From Methanomicrobiales archaeon (GTDB lineage Archaea; Halobacteriota; Methanomicrobia; Methanomicrobiales; Methanospirillaceae): a stretch of 64,000 nucleotides of DNA. The translations under genes were made by a program, and so were the position numbers. Positions 9,223 to 18,796 of the stretch are shown piece by piece. How positions within the stretch are numbered: the first letter of the stretch is position 1; the number at the start of each line of letters is the position of its first letter. Where the stretch lies: NCBI GenBank assembly GCA_037137755.1, contig JBAXJR010000005.1:23026-87025 (forward strand). The letters run 5' to 3'. The notes below the pieces were generated by a model. That model made no database searches, was not told the DNA's origin, and saw only the letters and a program-made list of their open reading frames with translations.

Positions 9223-10965
9223 TCATACTGCCGGCAGTTCAATTACGATGGAAATTCCACTCCCTTCTTTTTCGCAGGAGAAAAAACCCCCGGAGAGCTC
9301 GCACTCTTTAATCCGAAAACCAAGCCCTTCACCCGGAAAATTAATCTCCTCTCCGGAGAATTCTGCATCGATAGTCACGAAGCCGCAATTGGTCTCTTTT
9401 TTATCGGTGACCGTGATCTTCTTCCCACCAATACCGGCCAGTTCCTCGAGGATGCCAATGATTAAGTCTGTTAATCTTTCCCTGTCAGCAACCACGCCAA
9501 ATGGATATTCTGACGGGTCAAACGAGACCGGGTCCTCTTCAAAAACCGGCACATAGACAAGCCTTTTCACCAGTGCCTGCCGGTAAAGGGTTTCATCATC
9601 GGCAAGTGATATGAGGTCCTCATCGCTGCACGGGGGTGAAACGAGGGTCCCGATGCAATGGCCAACGAGAGTGTCCAGGTCAAATTCTTCCCTCTCGATC
9701 ATTGGCCGGAACCCCCTGAAAAGGGTCATGTAATCTGAAAGAAGCCGTTCTGCACGTTTCACAAGGTGGGGGTCGATGACCAGGTCAAGCTGGCCGGTCC
9801 GGTATACCGCCTCGAGTTTCGCCGTGATCTGCCCGGCTTTCAGGGCCAGGTGGACGTCACGCTGTTTTCCTGCACGGTAGTCCTCGTTGAACCGGTGGAA
9901 ATCGGCGAGGATCGAATCGATGGCATCCAGGCAGAGAAGGCCGGAAAGGTTCTCTGCTACCCCGGTCTCCTCTAGTTCCTCGAGGATATGGGCTGCACGG
10001 TAACACCTCCCTGCAATGATTGTGAAGGTCTCGGCTACACGGTTCATCAGGTCGTTTGCATACCTTGCAGTCTGCTTGGCCCATTCCGGATTGATCTCCT
10101 GGATCTCCGTGAGGAAATAGGTCTCCTTCTCCATTGTTGCAAAGATCGCTTCAGCAGTCGTGGAAGAGATCAGGCGTCCGTGTCCGGGACAGCAGATCCT
10201 GATGTCTTCGTGCTCCAGGATCCAGTGGACCTTGTGAAGCGATGCAAGGAGCTCCTGCTGGCTCCACCCCCGGAGGCCGGCAATCCCGGGACTTGCTGCA
10301 AATAACAGGTCGCCGATGAAAAGCAGGCCTCCGACCCGGATACAGATGCTGTCCTTACTGTGGCCCGGGAGATGGTACACCTCAATCCGGTCCTGAGGTC
10401 CGGAAACCACGACCTGGCGTTTCAGGACGAGGTTGTCCTGTATCTTCACGTCGCTTTCCTGGACCCGGACACAGGGTGCAATACGTGGGCAGATCTCAAA
10501 AAAATCAGTCTCCTGTTCGAGGTTCGGTGCGAACAGCTGCATTGGCACGTGCAGTGGTGTAAGCCTGATCTGGAACAGGTCTGCCTGGGTGGTGGCGGTA
10601 TCAGCTGTCCCGAGGTTTGTTGCCCCCGAGGCATGGGCGGCTATGATGGCCCCCTCCTGTCTCTTGAAGAACGGGTGAGACTGGATCACCACAAAATGGT
10701 CGACATGAGTATGGGTCAGGTACACAAATACCGGCCTTGGGTTCAGATTATGGATCCTCTCAATTTCAATTGCAAGCAGGTCCATCTGCCCTGATAAACC
10801 ACCAGGATCGATAAGGATGATCTGGGCCGGGGTCGAAATAATATAAGAATTGGATGAGTTTGTATCTACTTTCCTGATGTAGGGAAAGATTTCTGCATGT
10901 TCATCACCGGGGACCGGCTGCCAGCGCTGGTTTTCGAGCAGGTCACTTCCATGCGTCAAGCGCAT
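9223..10965 (-). CDS. MBL-fold metallo-hydrolase fused to a helical region and a degenerate HATPase-like C-terminal domain
   Basis: LIDPG, THTHVDH, PGHS, FIGD, PGHG metal-ligand motifs. C-terminus ADRERLTDLIIGILEEL...GEGLG...SGG...ISIVIELP resembles HATPase_c. ATG at 10965 overlaps the end of the STAS gene. Confidence 0.8.
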   Translation of the reverse strand: MRLTHGSDLLENQRWQPVPGDEHAEIFPYIRKVDTNSSNSYIISTPAQIILIDPGGLSGQMDLLAIEIERIHNLNPRPVFVYLTHTHVDHFVVIQSHPFFKRQEGAIIAAHASGATNLGTADTATTQADLFQIRLTPLHVPMQLFAPNLEQETDFFEICPRIAPCVRVQESDVKIQDNLVLKRQVVVSGPQDRIEVYHLPGHSKDSICIRVGGLLFIGDLLFAASPGIAGLRGWSQQELLASLHKVHWILEHEDIRICCPGHGRLISSTTAEAIFATMEKETYFLTEIQEINPEWAKQTARYANDLMNRVAETFTIIAGRCYRAAHILEELEETGVAENLSGLLCLDAIDSILADFHRFNEDYRAGKQRDVHLALKAGQITAKLEAVYRTGQLDLVIDPHLVKRAERLLSDYMTLFRGFRPMIEREEFDLDTLVGHCIGTLVSPPCSDEDLISLADDETLYRQALVKRLVYVPVFEEDPVSFDPSEYPFGVVADRERLTDLIIGILEELAGIGGKKITVTDKKETNCGFVTIDAEFSGEEINFPGEGLGFRIKECELSGGFFSCEKEGSGISIVIELPAV

Positions 10966-11278
10966 CCCCTTCCGAGGAGAATATCGTGAAAATGGTGGTG
11001 AACCCTGCAAGTTTCAGGATTTTATTCACCTCCTGTGCAAGACTGCAGAGCCCGAACTTATCTCCCGGGTTCCGGAGCTTCTTTGCCGTGGACAGGAGCA
11101 CCCGCAATCCACCGCTGCTGATATAGGTCACTTCTGAGAAATTCAGAAGAATTTTGCGTTTTCCTTCCCCCATCAGGGTATTCAGTTCTTTTTCCAGCTG
11201 CGGTGCTGCTGTGGTATCGATCCGCCCGAAGAGTGCAATGATGGCCACTCCCTCCTTGTGGCTTGTGGTGGTGTCCAT
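10943..11278 (-). CDS. STAS-domain anti-sigma-factor antagonist (RsbV/SpoIIAA-like)
   Basis: GRIDTTAAPQLE...NFSEVTYISSGGLRVLL with the conserved phospho-Ser position. AAGGAG precedes ATG at 11278. Confidence 0.9.
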   Translation of the reverse strand: MDTTTSHKEGVAIIALFGRIDTTAAPQLEKELNTLMGEGKRKILLNFSEVTYISSGGLRVLLSTAKKLRNPGDKFGLCSLAQEVNKILKLAGFTTIFTIFSSEGDALDAWK

Positions 11279-11547
11279 TGGTCCCATCTCCTTGTAGTGA
11301 CTATACCTTTGATCCGGTTCCTTATAAGTTAACCATAAGGTAACCCTGGCCTGATCTCCCCGGGGTTTAATCCATGGCAAAATACCTGCCTTTTCACCCT
11401 GATAATGGCTGATAATCCCTGATTGTAGTTTGGTCCTTATAACCCTGGAGGTTGCCCTCTTCCTTAGGGCGGTCTTATGGCCGGAAAGTAATCGGACGTG
11501 TACTATTAGTGCGAATAATGCCTATTTTTTTATGGTAGTCCTCCTCT

Positions 11548-12939
11548 ATGGCGTTCTTCATGTTCAATGACCTGCTTGTCCTGGTCCAGATGATCTGTGT
11601 CATCGTCGTTGCAGCCTACCTCCTGACCCGGTGCCGCATCTTTACTGATGTTTTTGATGGCCATCCTACCATAAAAGCCCAGGTACTGCTTACGCTGATA
11701 TTTGGTGCACTTTCTATCTACGGGACTATGTCGGGTATCACGGTACTGAATGCCCCGATCAATGTCCGTGACCTCGGGCCAATGGTCGCGGGCCTCACCT
11801 GTGGTCCCTTCGTCGGGCTTGGTGCCGGTCTTATCGGCGCAGCCTACCGGATGACGCTGGAAGGGTTTACGGTCTATGCCTGTTCGCTTGCAACCGTGCT
11901 CGCGGGGCTGTTCGGTGGCCTGATCTGGCTTTTTAATAATAAAAAGTTTCCCGGGACCCGTATTGCAGTTGAATTTGCGGTCATGATGGAGGGGCTTCAT
12001 ATGCTCCTCGTCCTTGCTATCGCCACCCCGGTTGCCATGGCCCTTGCCCTGGTATCGGTTGTGGCCATCCCGATGATTGTCGCCAATGCGTTAGGGATGT
12101 TCATCTTCTCATTCATCATCACAAATCTGCAGGATGAGCGAAGGACCAGGGCTGAACGTGACAATTACCTCCGGGATATAGAGCGGAAAAATACAGAACT
12201 ACAGATTGCTGCTGATATCCAGAAGAGTTTCCTGCCATCTAAAATCGGCCCGCTCGTTGGTTTTGACATTGCAGCCGTGAGCATCCCGGCAAAAGAGGTG
12301 GGCGGGGATTTCTTTGACGTGATACCGTTTGCCGTGGTCCCTTTTAAAGATCACAGGGCCGGCATTATGATTGCGGATGTCTCGGGAAAAGGGATCCCCG
12401 CTGCCCTGTTCATGGCGTTATCGCTGGTGATTATGCGGGTCAATTCACTCTGGCACCCCCATCCTGCAGATCTGCTCAGGGATTCGAATGCCATCATCTC
12501 GAGGGACACAAAAGAGACCGGGATGTTTGTCACACTCTTCTATGCAGTGATCGATTGTGAACTACGCCAGGTTACCTTTGCGAATGCGGGCCATAACCCG
12601 CCGATGCTCTGCCGGGCCGGGAGCAGTGCGATCGAGGAGCTCGGGACAACGGGGATCGCGCTTGGTATTTTAGATGCGGCAACCTACACGGAAGAGGTAT
12701 GTGTTCTTTCCCCTGGTGACGTGTTACTCCTGTATACGGACGGTATTACTGAGGCCGATAATGAAGCGGAGGAGATGTTTGGGGAAGAACGACTGCGGGA
12801 GGGGTTATTACGGTACCATGACCTTCCGGCCGGCGAAATAATGGACTCGGTCCTGCGGGACGTGCGGGCCTTTGCTGCGGGATCTCCCCAGTCGGACGAT
12901 ATAACGCTGATGGTAGTGAAGGCAGCAAAAGACAAATAA
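11548..12939 (+). CDS. Membrane PP2C/SpoIIE (RsbU-like) phosphatase with LytS-type 5TM sensor domain
   Basis: NVRDLGPMVAGL.CGPFVGLGAGLIGAAYR (5TM-5TMR_LYT), then ELQIAADIQKSFLP, EVGGDFFD, IADVSGKG, NAGHNPP, YTDGITEA, SDDIT. Confidence 0.92.
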   Translation: MAFFMFNDLLVLVQMICVIVVAAYLLTRCRIFTDVFDGHPTIKAQVLLTLIFGALSIYGTMSGITVLNAPINVRDLGPMVAGLTCGPFVGLGAGLIGAAYRMTLEGFTVYACSLATVLAGLFGGLIWLFNNKKFPGTRIAVEFAVMMEGLHMLLVLAIATPVAMALALVSVVAIPMIVANALGMFIFSFIITNLQDERRTRAERDNYLRDIERKNTELQIAADIQKSFLPSKIGPLVGFDIAAVSIPAKEVGGDFFDVIPFAVVPFKDHRAGIMIADVSGKGIPAALFMALSLVIMRVNSLWHPHPADLLRDSNAIISRDTKETGMFVTLFYAVIDCELRQVTFANAGHNPPMLCRAGSSAIEELGTTGIALGILDAATYTEEVCVLSPGDVLLLYTDGITEADNEAEEMFGEERLREGLLRYHDLPAGEIMDSVLRDVRAFAAGSPQSDDITLMVVKAAKDK

Positions 12940-12974
12940 GAACGGTGATAAGGGTCTGAAAGCATGGTTGTGTT

Positions 12975-13406
12975 ATGAAAGGCCGGACTGACCAGACGAC
13001 CCCGGCAGATATGTCCGGGCTGAAGGAGATCCTTGACGGGATTGCGATACTGCTCGAGGAGCAGGGGTTTCCGAATGACCTGATCAGCGATGTGCAACTG
13101 GCGACAGATGAGGCAGTAACGAACGCCATCCTTCACGGATATGACGGGAAAGAGGGCGAGGTCCGTGTTATTGCAGAGGCTGACGACCGGGAGGTGGTTA
13201 TCATCGTTGAGGACAGGGCCCCGGAATTTGACCCGGTGACTTTTGTATCGCGGGACGTGTCGTTGGACGGGGATGACCGGCCGATTGGTGGCCTCGGCCT
13301 GATACTTATCCGGAACGTCATGGACGAGGTCATGTACCGTCGCGAAGACGGGAAAAATATCTTCACGATGGTAAAGCGACAGGGTAGTGATACCCACGGG
13401 GAATAA
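12975..13406 (+). CDS. RsbW/SpoIIAB-like serine kinase (HATPase_c_2)
   Basis: LATDEAVTNAILHGY, IVEDRAPEFDP, IGGLGLILIRNVMDEV. Confidence 0.9.
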   Translation: MKGRTDQTTPADMSGLKEILDGIAILLEEQGFPNDLISDVQLATDEAVTNAILHGYDGKEGEVRVIAEADDREVVIIVEDRAPEFDPVTFVSRDVSLDGDDRPIGGLGLILIRNVMDEVMYRREDGKNIFTMVKRQGSDTHGE

Positions 13407-13559
13407 GGGGACATTCCGGTTTTATTTTTTCATCTATTTTCAGTCCTGTATCTCTCCCCGGGGACACCTATTATCCGACAGAAAAACCCTGCCCGGACAG
13501 GTATATATACCATGTGTGGTGATTACAGACTTGTTCAGATAACAAGAGAGTGATGCACT

Positions 13560-15518
13560 ATGGCAGAAGAACCTAAACCAACGCTGATCCGGGAACGGCT
13601 CGATGTCTGCGAGCTCGACAGGGCACGAATGTCCCTGTTGAACCCGGTGTTAATCGAGCAGAAGAAGAATGAGCGTACGACCGATGAGAACGCCAAGCCG
13701 TTACTTGAACTGATGATGCGGGAAGGCATGGAGACCGTCTGGGACCGGTTCGAGATGCAGCAGCCACCCTGCAAATACTGTGAGGCCGGCACATCCTGTT
13801 CGCGGTGTACCATGGGACCCTGCCGGATTATCCCGCCCCACCGTATCCGGGGGGTTTGCGGTGCTGATGCTGACCTGATCGTTTCCCGGAACCTGCTGGA
13901 CATGATCGCGACCGGTGCGGCAGCTCACTCTGACCACGGCCGTGATATTGCCGAGACATTGTACCTCCTCGGCACCGGAAAGGCACCGGATTATACAATC
14001 ACCGATAAGGAAAAACTCCTCCGGATCTGCACGGAATACAATATTAAAACGGATGGGAAGAAACCTGAACAGCTTGCTGCTGAACTGGGCGGGGCCATGC
14101 TTGACGAGTATGGGATGAGGAAGAACACGCTCCAGTTCCTCAACCGGGCACCGAAAGCGACCCGGGAGATATGGAGCAAACTGGGTATTACCCCGCGGGG
14201 CATTGACCGCGAAGTGGTGGACTCGATGCACCGCGTGCAGATGGGTGTAGGCGCTGATTATGTGAATATCCTGCTCCAGGGACTCCGCACCTCGCTCTCG
14301 GATGGCTGGGGCGGATCGATGATCGGCACTGAGGTCTCTGATATCCTGTTTGGTACTCCCACGATCAACAGCTCGAAGATGAACCTGGCAGTGCTGAAAG
14401 AGGACCACGTGAACATCTCGGTGCACGGCCACAACCCGGTGCTCTCAGAAGTGATTGTTAAAGCAGTTGAGGACCCTGAACTGAAAGCACTTGCGCTGAA
14501 GAACGGTGCGAAGGGGATCAACCTTGTGGGGATGTGCTGTACCGGTAACGAGCTGCTCATGAGAAAGGGTATCCCGATGACGGGGAACCATCTCAACCAG
14601 GAACTGATCATCGCAACCGGTGCCCTTGAAGCGATGGTCGTTGACTACCAGTGCATCTTCCCTTCGCTCCCCCGGACTGCCAGCTGCTACCATACCCAGA
14701 TAATCTCCACGAGTTCGAAAGCCACGATACCAGGCTCGTATTTCTTTGATTTCCATGCGGAGGATGCATATCTTACTGCAAAGGCGATCGTACGGATGGC
14801 GGTGGAGAACTACAAGAACAGGAACCATCAGCGTGTCCTGATCCCGGGAGAGCCTGTGCCGGTCATGGCGGGATTCTCCAACGAAGCGATAAAGAATGCA
14901 CTCGGCGGCTCGTTCAAACCACTTATCGACCTGATTGCTGCCGGGAAGATCAGGGGTGCTGTCGGGATTGTCGGGTGTAACAACCCGCATGTGAAGCATG
15001 ACTTCGGGCATGTGACACTGGCAAAGGAACTGATCAAGAGAAATATCCTCTGTGTCGAGACGGGTTGTGCCGCGATTGCATCAGGGAAAGCCGGGCTCCT
15101 CCGGCCGGAAGCCGCATCGCTGGCAGGTGACGATCTTCGGGCAGTCTGTGAGTCCTTAAAGATCCCACCTGTGCTCCACATGGGCTCCTGTGTTGATAAC
15201 TCCCGCATCCTCGTGCTTGCAGCGGAACTTGGCAATGCGCTCAATGTGCCGATCCACAAGCTGCCCATTGCCGGTGCAGCTCCCGAATGGTACTCGCAGA
15301 AGGCGGTCTCAATCGGGGCCTACTTCGTTGCATCCGGTGTTTACACGGTGCTCGGCGTTATGCCGCATATCACCGGAAGCCCAGCTACTGTTTCGCTCCT
15401 TACCGAGGGCCTGAAAGGTGTTGTGAATGCCAGTTTCTCGGTTGAACCCGACCCGGTAAAGGCATCAGTACTGATATCAGACCACATTGAAAGGAAACGG
15501 ACAGAGCTTGGGATCTGA
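13560..15518 (+). CDS. cooS: Monofunctional Ni,Fe carbon monoxide dehydrogenase catalytic subunit
   Basis: CKYCEAGTSCSRCTMGPC, VCGA, AAHSDH, HGHNP, GMCCTGNE, DYQC, GCNN, TGCAA, HMGSCVDN, SQKA. Confidence 0.95.
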   Translation: MAEEPKPTLIRERLDVCELDRARMSLLNPVLIEQKKNERTTDENAKPLLELMMREGMETVWDRFEMQQPPCKYCEAGTSCSRCTMGPCRIIPPHRIRGVCGADADLIVSRNLLDMIATGAAAHSDHGRDIAETLYLLGTGKAPDYTITDKEKLLRICTEYNIKTDGKKPEQLAAELGGAMLDEYGMRKNTLQFLNRAPKATREIWSKLGITPRGIDREVVDSMHRVQMGVGADYVNILLQGLRTSLSDGWGGSMIGTEVSDILFGTPTINSSKMNLAVLKEDHVNISVHGHNPVLSEVIVKAVEDPELKALALKNGAKGINLVGMCCTGNELLMRKGIPMTGNHLNQELIIATGALEAMVVDYQCIFPSLPRTASCYHTQIISTSSKATIPGSYFFDFHAEDAYLTAKAIVRMAVENYKNRNHQRVLIPGEPVPVMAGFSNEAIKNALGGSFKPLIDLIAAGKIRGAVGIVGCNNPHVKHDFGHVTLAKELIKRNILCVETGCAAIASGKAGLLRPEAASLAGDDLRAVCESLKIPPVLHMGSCVDNSRILVLAAELGNALNVPIHKLPIAGAAPEWYSQKAVSIGAYFVASGVYTVLGVMPHITGSPATVSLLTEGLKGVVNASFSVEPDPVKASVLISDHIERKRTELGI

Positions 15519-15695
15519 GCCATATACAACCGTTTGATTACATAATATTTTTTACGGCACCATTCAAACGAGTGTTCGTTGGCAATACGGCACCATAAAT
15601 TTTTTCTTAACGGATGGTATATAATTTCCAGGAATTTTTGATTCCTATGGAAGTTTAATCCCGGGTATGAGTCTAGTTAGTAGAGGAGACCTCAA

Positions 15696-16358
15696 TTGAG
15701 TGATAAACAACCAGACCAGGAATTAATGAGGCATTTAGAAGAACAACTAGGATTTTTACAGATAGCTGCTGCTGCCTATGATAAAGGGTATACCGGCGAA
15801 GCAAAACGAATGGCAACAACCATTCGTATATTGGTGCATGATACTCGTCAATCTACCTCGTTATTGACCTCGTTGGGAAAAAAAGATATACAATTTTACA
15901 GCACTGCCGCAACCATCGATAACGGCACAGCAATGCCAACATTCAGGTTGGTTGGTGTAAAACCACCCGTAAATCCGGGGACCTCAAAAAAATTATATTA
16001 TGCACCATTAGATGACAGGCCCCCATATATTGACGTAAATAAAAAAATAGCCTTCCGCCAGTGGTGGAATGAAATTATTATAATTGATACCATGAGAAAC
16101 AGCTCCAGTCGAAAAGACCTGGTCCTTTCTGTGAGCAACAAAAAGGGTGGAGCCCACATGGACTCAGGATTAGATGATGCCTACGCGGCATTGACAAGGT
16201 TTAATTCCCAAGCCTGGACTGCATGGGATCCAAAAGGAATTGACAGAAATCTGAAAGGTGCAGAACTGGCAAGTATTCGCCAGATCTGTCATGAGGTGTT
16301 AAAGTCGCTAAAGGATGAATTTCCAGGATATTTTTCCTCAGCTGTTCAGTCAAAATAA
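15696..16358 (+). CDS. Hypothetical protein, AT-richer than its neighbours
   Basis: 220-aa ORF with TTG start after AGAGGAG. Contains EAKRMATTIRILVHDT, WWNE and RKDLVLSVSNKKGGAH. Confidence 0.65.
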   Translation: MSDKQPDQELMRHLEEQLGFLQIAAAAYDKGYTGEAKRMATTIRILVHDTRQSTSLLTSLGKKDIQFYSTAATIDNGTAMPTFRLVGVKPPVNPGTSKKLYYAPLDDRPPYIDVNKKIAFRQWWNEIIIIDTMRNSSSRKDLVLSVSNKKGGAHMDSGLDDAYAALTRFNSQAWTAWDPKGIDRNLKGAELASIRQICHEVLKSLKDEFPGYFSSAVQSK

Positions 16359-16391
16359 ACCTGAAGTTGATTCTGAAGTGATAATTAGTAC

Positions 16392-16415
16392 TAGTAAGAT
16401 CGAAAGATCTTACTA
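16392..16415. terminator. Perfect 10-bp hairpin with GAAA loop between convergent genes (candidate bidirectional terminator or processing site)
   Basis: TAGTAAGATC-GAAA-GATCTTACTA. Confidence 0.5.
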
Positions 16416-16511
16416 ATTTCCCCAAAGTAATTTTTTGCCAGATTTTTATCTCGTTTACTGGCATCATATCGCTCCGGGCCTCCCCTCAAAAAAAAACTCA
16501 CACTTTTGTAT

Positions 16512-16853
16512 TCAGAGCAGTTTCGTCTCTTTTTCAGGTCTTGGGACTTTGACGACCAGGACCCGGAATATATGCCTGCTCTCGTTTATCCAGCAGTGGG
16601 GAATTCCTGCCGGGCTCTCGACGAGCATATCTTTTTGTATGGTCTCCCGTTCATCGCCGATCTCAATATCTGCCCTGCCTTCGAGGACATAAAAAAACAC
16701 ATCAACCGGGGTGATATGTTTCCTGAGCGATTCGCCAGGATTTAATGTTATGACTACCGCAACAGCATGGGGGGAATCATATATTTTTCTTGCATCGACA
16801 CCATGCGGGTTTGGCCCGGATACTACCTGGCTTACATCAGTTACCTGTATCAT
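16512..16853 (-). CDS. Cupin domain protein
   Basis: LNPGESLRKHITPVDVFFYVLEG...ESPAGIPH. Confidence 0.85.
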   Translation of the reverse strand: MIQVTDVSQVVSGPNPHGVDARKIYDSPHAVAVVITLNPGESLRKHITPVDVFFYVLEGRADIEIGDERETIQKDMLVESPAGIPHCWINESRHIFRVLVVKVPRPEKETKLL

Positions 16854-16929
16854 CCCTTGTTCCTCCGTGATTTTTGAAACAACCCTATATCAGGACTCAC
16901 AATTGAAATAATTATCCTTTCACCCGTAT

Positions 16930-18504
16930 TCACTCATCGAACCCGGTTTCAGCAAGCACGTCGGCCGTAGGGCCCATCCTGACAATCCTGCCCCCTCTTA
17001 CCAGTGCAACCCGGTCGCACACATCCCTGACAAATTCCATGTCATGCGAGACCAGAATGAAGGTTTCATCCATCTCGTCCCGGGCGTGAAGAATGGAATG
17101 TTTCACGTCCATTTTTGTGATCGGGTCCATCGTCCCGGTTGGCTCATCGAGGATCACGATCCGTGGCTCCCGGATCAGGACCTGTGCAAGTGCAACCCGG
17201 TGACGCTCCCCGTCTGACAGTTCACCCGGATAATGGTTGAGGACTTCCTTTGCCTTCATTTCAGAGAAACCCGCCATTGCAAGGGTAATAAGGGCTTTCC
17301 GGATGGCCAGTTCCCGCGGAAATTCGAGGCCTATTGAATCGGTCAGGTTATCAAGGACCGTACGGTGCGGGAACAGGTCGTATTCCTGGTGCAGGAGCCC
17401 GATGTATTCCTTTGCCCTTCCCCGCTGGTCAATTCCGGGGGTTGTCATGTCGACCCAGTCATCCCCGATAAGAATATTCATCTCACCGCTGGTGGGTTCA
17501 ATGATACCGGCAATAATCTGGGACAAGGTTGTTTTTCCAGCCCCGCTTTTTCCTATGATACCAAAAATCTCCTTCTTTGCGACATCAAAGGAGACCATGT
17601 TTACCGCCTTGACGACACCACGGTCGACCGAGATATAACGTTTGGTCACGTCCCGGGCAGACAGGATCTTTTCGCCGATTTCCGGGACCTCCACCGCTGC
17701 GGTGTCATCGTAGTCTTTTGTGAAGGACCGGATTACCGATGCCGGTGAACCAATCTCTGCAATCTTACCGTCCACAAGGAGCAGGGCCCGGCTCGCCATG
17801 TCCTCGATGACATGGGGAAAATGCGAGGTGACCACCATGCCCATATTATTCGTTTTTGCCGCCTCGATAAGCATTGCATGGACTATTCTTGCGGTTTGCG
17901 GGTCGAGGGTGCCGGTCGGCTCGTCGGCGAACAACATCGCAGGGTCCTTTGCGAGCTGGCGTGCAAGTACCACCCGTTGTTTCTCCCCGCCTGAAAGGTC
18001 ACGGGCAATATGCATCATCCGGTGCGAGAGGCGTACCTGGTCGATCAGGTCGGCAGCCCTGTTAATTGCCTTCTCCTGCGGGTAATTGATATCGTCGAGG
18101 GCATGGAGGACGTTCTCGATCACACGGTCGTCCCCGTACAGGGCAAATGTGCGCTGGAACATGATTGCCGTGCGGTGCATTACGCGGGACTTCAGTCCGT
18201 CTGTCCTTTCATCCCAGAGGTCGACATCCATTGCAGTAAGTTCCCCGGCGCACGAGGGGCAGCACGTACCCGCAGCGCTCTGCACATCGGTATGTTGGCA
18301 CGTCGGGCAGGCCGCAATATGATAGATGACTGAACCCTCTGTCGGAGGTTGTTCGACACCCCGGAGAAGGTGCATCAGCACGCTCTTCCCTGCACCGCTC
18401 CTCCCGATGATCCCGATGATCTCTCCTTCAGGGATCTCAAATGTTACATTATCCAGGACCCGTTTACCTTCAAAGTCCATGCAGAGGTCTTTTACTGTAA
18501 TCAT
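16930..18504 (-). CDS. atwA: Methyl-coenzyme M reductase activation component A2 (dual ABC ATPase with zinc finger)
   Basis: GRSGAGKS, CPTC...CPSC, IMFQRTFALY, HRMMHIARDLSGGEKQR, GKSGAGKT, LLHQEYDL. Confidence 0.93.
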   Translation of the reverse strand: MITVKDLCMDFEGKRVLDNVTFEIPEGEIIGIIGRSGAGKSVLMHLLRGVEQPPTEGSVIYHIAACPTCQHTDVQSAAGTCCPSCAGELTAMDVDLWDERTDGLKSRVMHRTAIMFQRTFALYGDDRVIENVLHALDDINYPQEKAINRAADLIDQVRLSHRMMHIARDLSGGEKQRVVLARQLAKDPAMLFADEPTGTLDPQTARIVHAMLIEAAKTNNMGMVVTSHFPHVIEDMASRALLLVDGKIAEIGSPASVIRSFTKDYDDTAAVEVPEIGEKILSARDVTKRYISVDRGVVKAVNMVSFDVAKKEIFGIIGKSGAGKTTLSQIIAGIIEPTSGEMNILIGDDWVDMTTPGIDQRGRAKEYIGLLHQEYDLFPHRTVLDNLTDSIGLEFPRELAIRKALITLAMAGFSEMKAKEVLNHYPGELSDGERHRVALAQVLIREPRIVILDEPTGTMDPITKMDVKHSILHARDEMDETFILVSHDMEFVRDVCDRVALVRGGRIVRMGPTADVLAETGFDE

Positions 18505-18574
18505 TGGCAACGTCAATGGTCTCACCCGGGCTGTTGTTCAGCCATTGGTTTTCTCTTCTTCCGGTAGCCGGGGA

Positions 18575-18684
18575 CTAGTTTGATGTACGTCTGGCACCGG
18601 CACTGCTGTCCCTGAATGTGGCCAGGTCCCCGTCCTGTTGCACGCCCTCTTCCCAATGGACCGGCTCCATCAAATCCGGCACAT
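18575..18684 (-). pseudogene. Frameshifted DUF5320-like (PGFDGxGPxGxGxxTGRG) small-protein remnant; 3' limit approximate
   Basis: After GGTGGTG, ATG TGC CGG ATT TGA stops at once, but the +1 frame reads AGFDGAGPLGRGRATGRGPG. That frame has no start codon before an upstream TGA. Confidence 0.5.
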
Positions 18685-18714
18685 GCACCACCGATAGAAA
18701 TGATTGTAATAGTA

Positions 18715-18730
18715 ACTCATATGCGCATAA
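18715..18730 (-). promoter_or_regulatory. Operator-like motif immediately downstream of a TATA-like box
   Basis: ACTCATATGCGCATAA, 15/16 identical to 19559-19574. Minus-strand TTTTAAGT lies directly upstream. Confidence 0.55.
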
Positions 18731-18796
18731 ATACTTAAAATTAGTGAAAGGTACCGGAAACCCGGCCCCATATATCAGAGGACTGGTTTCCGGCAA

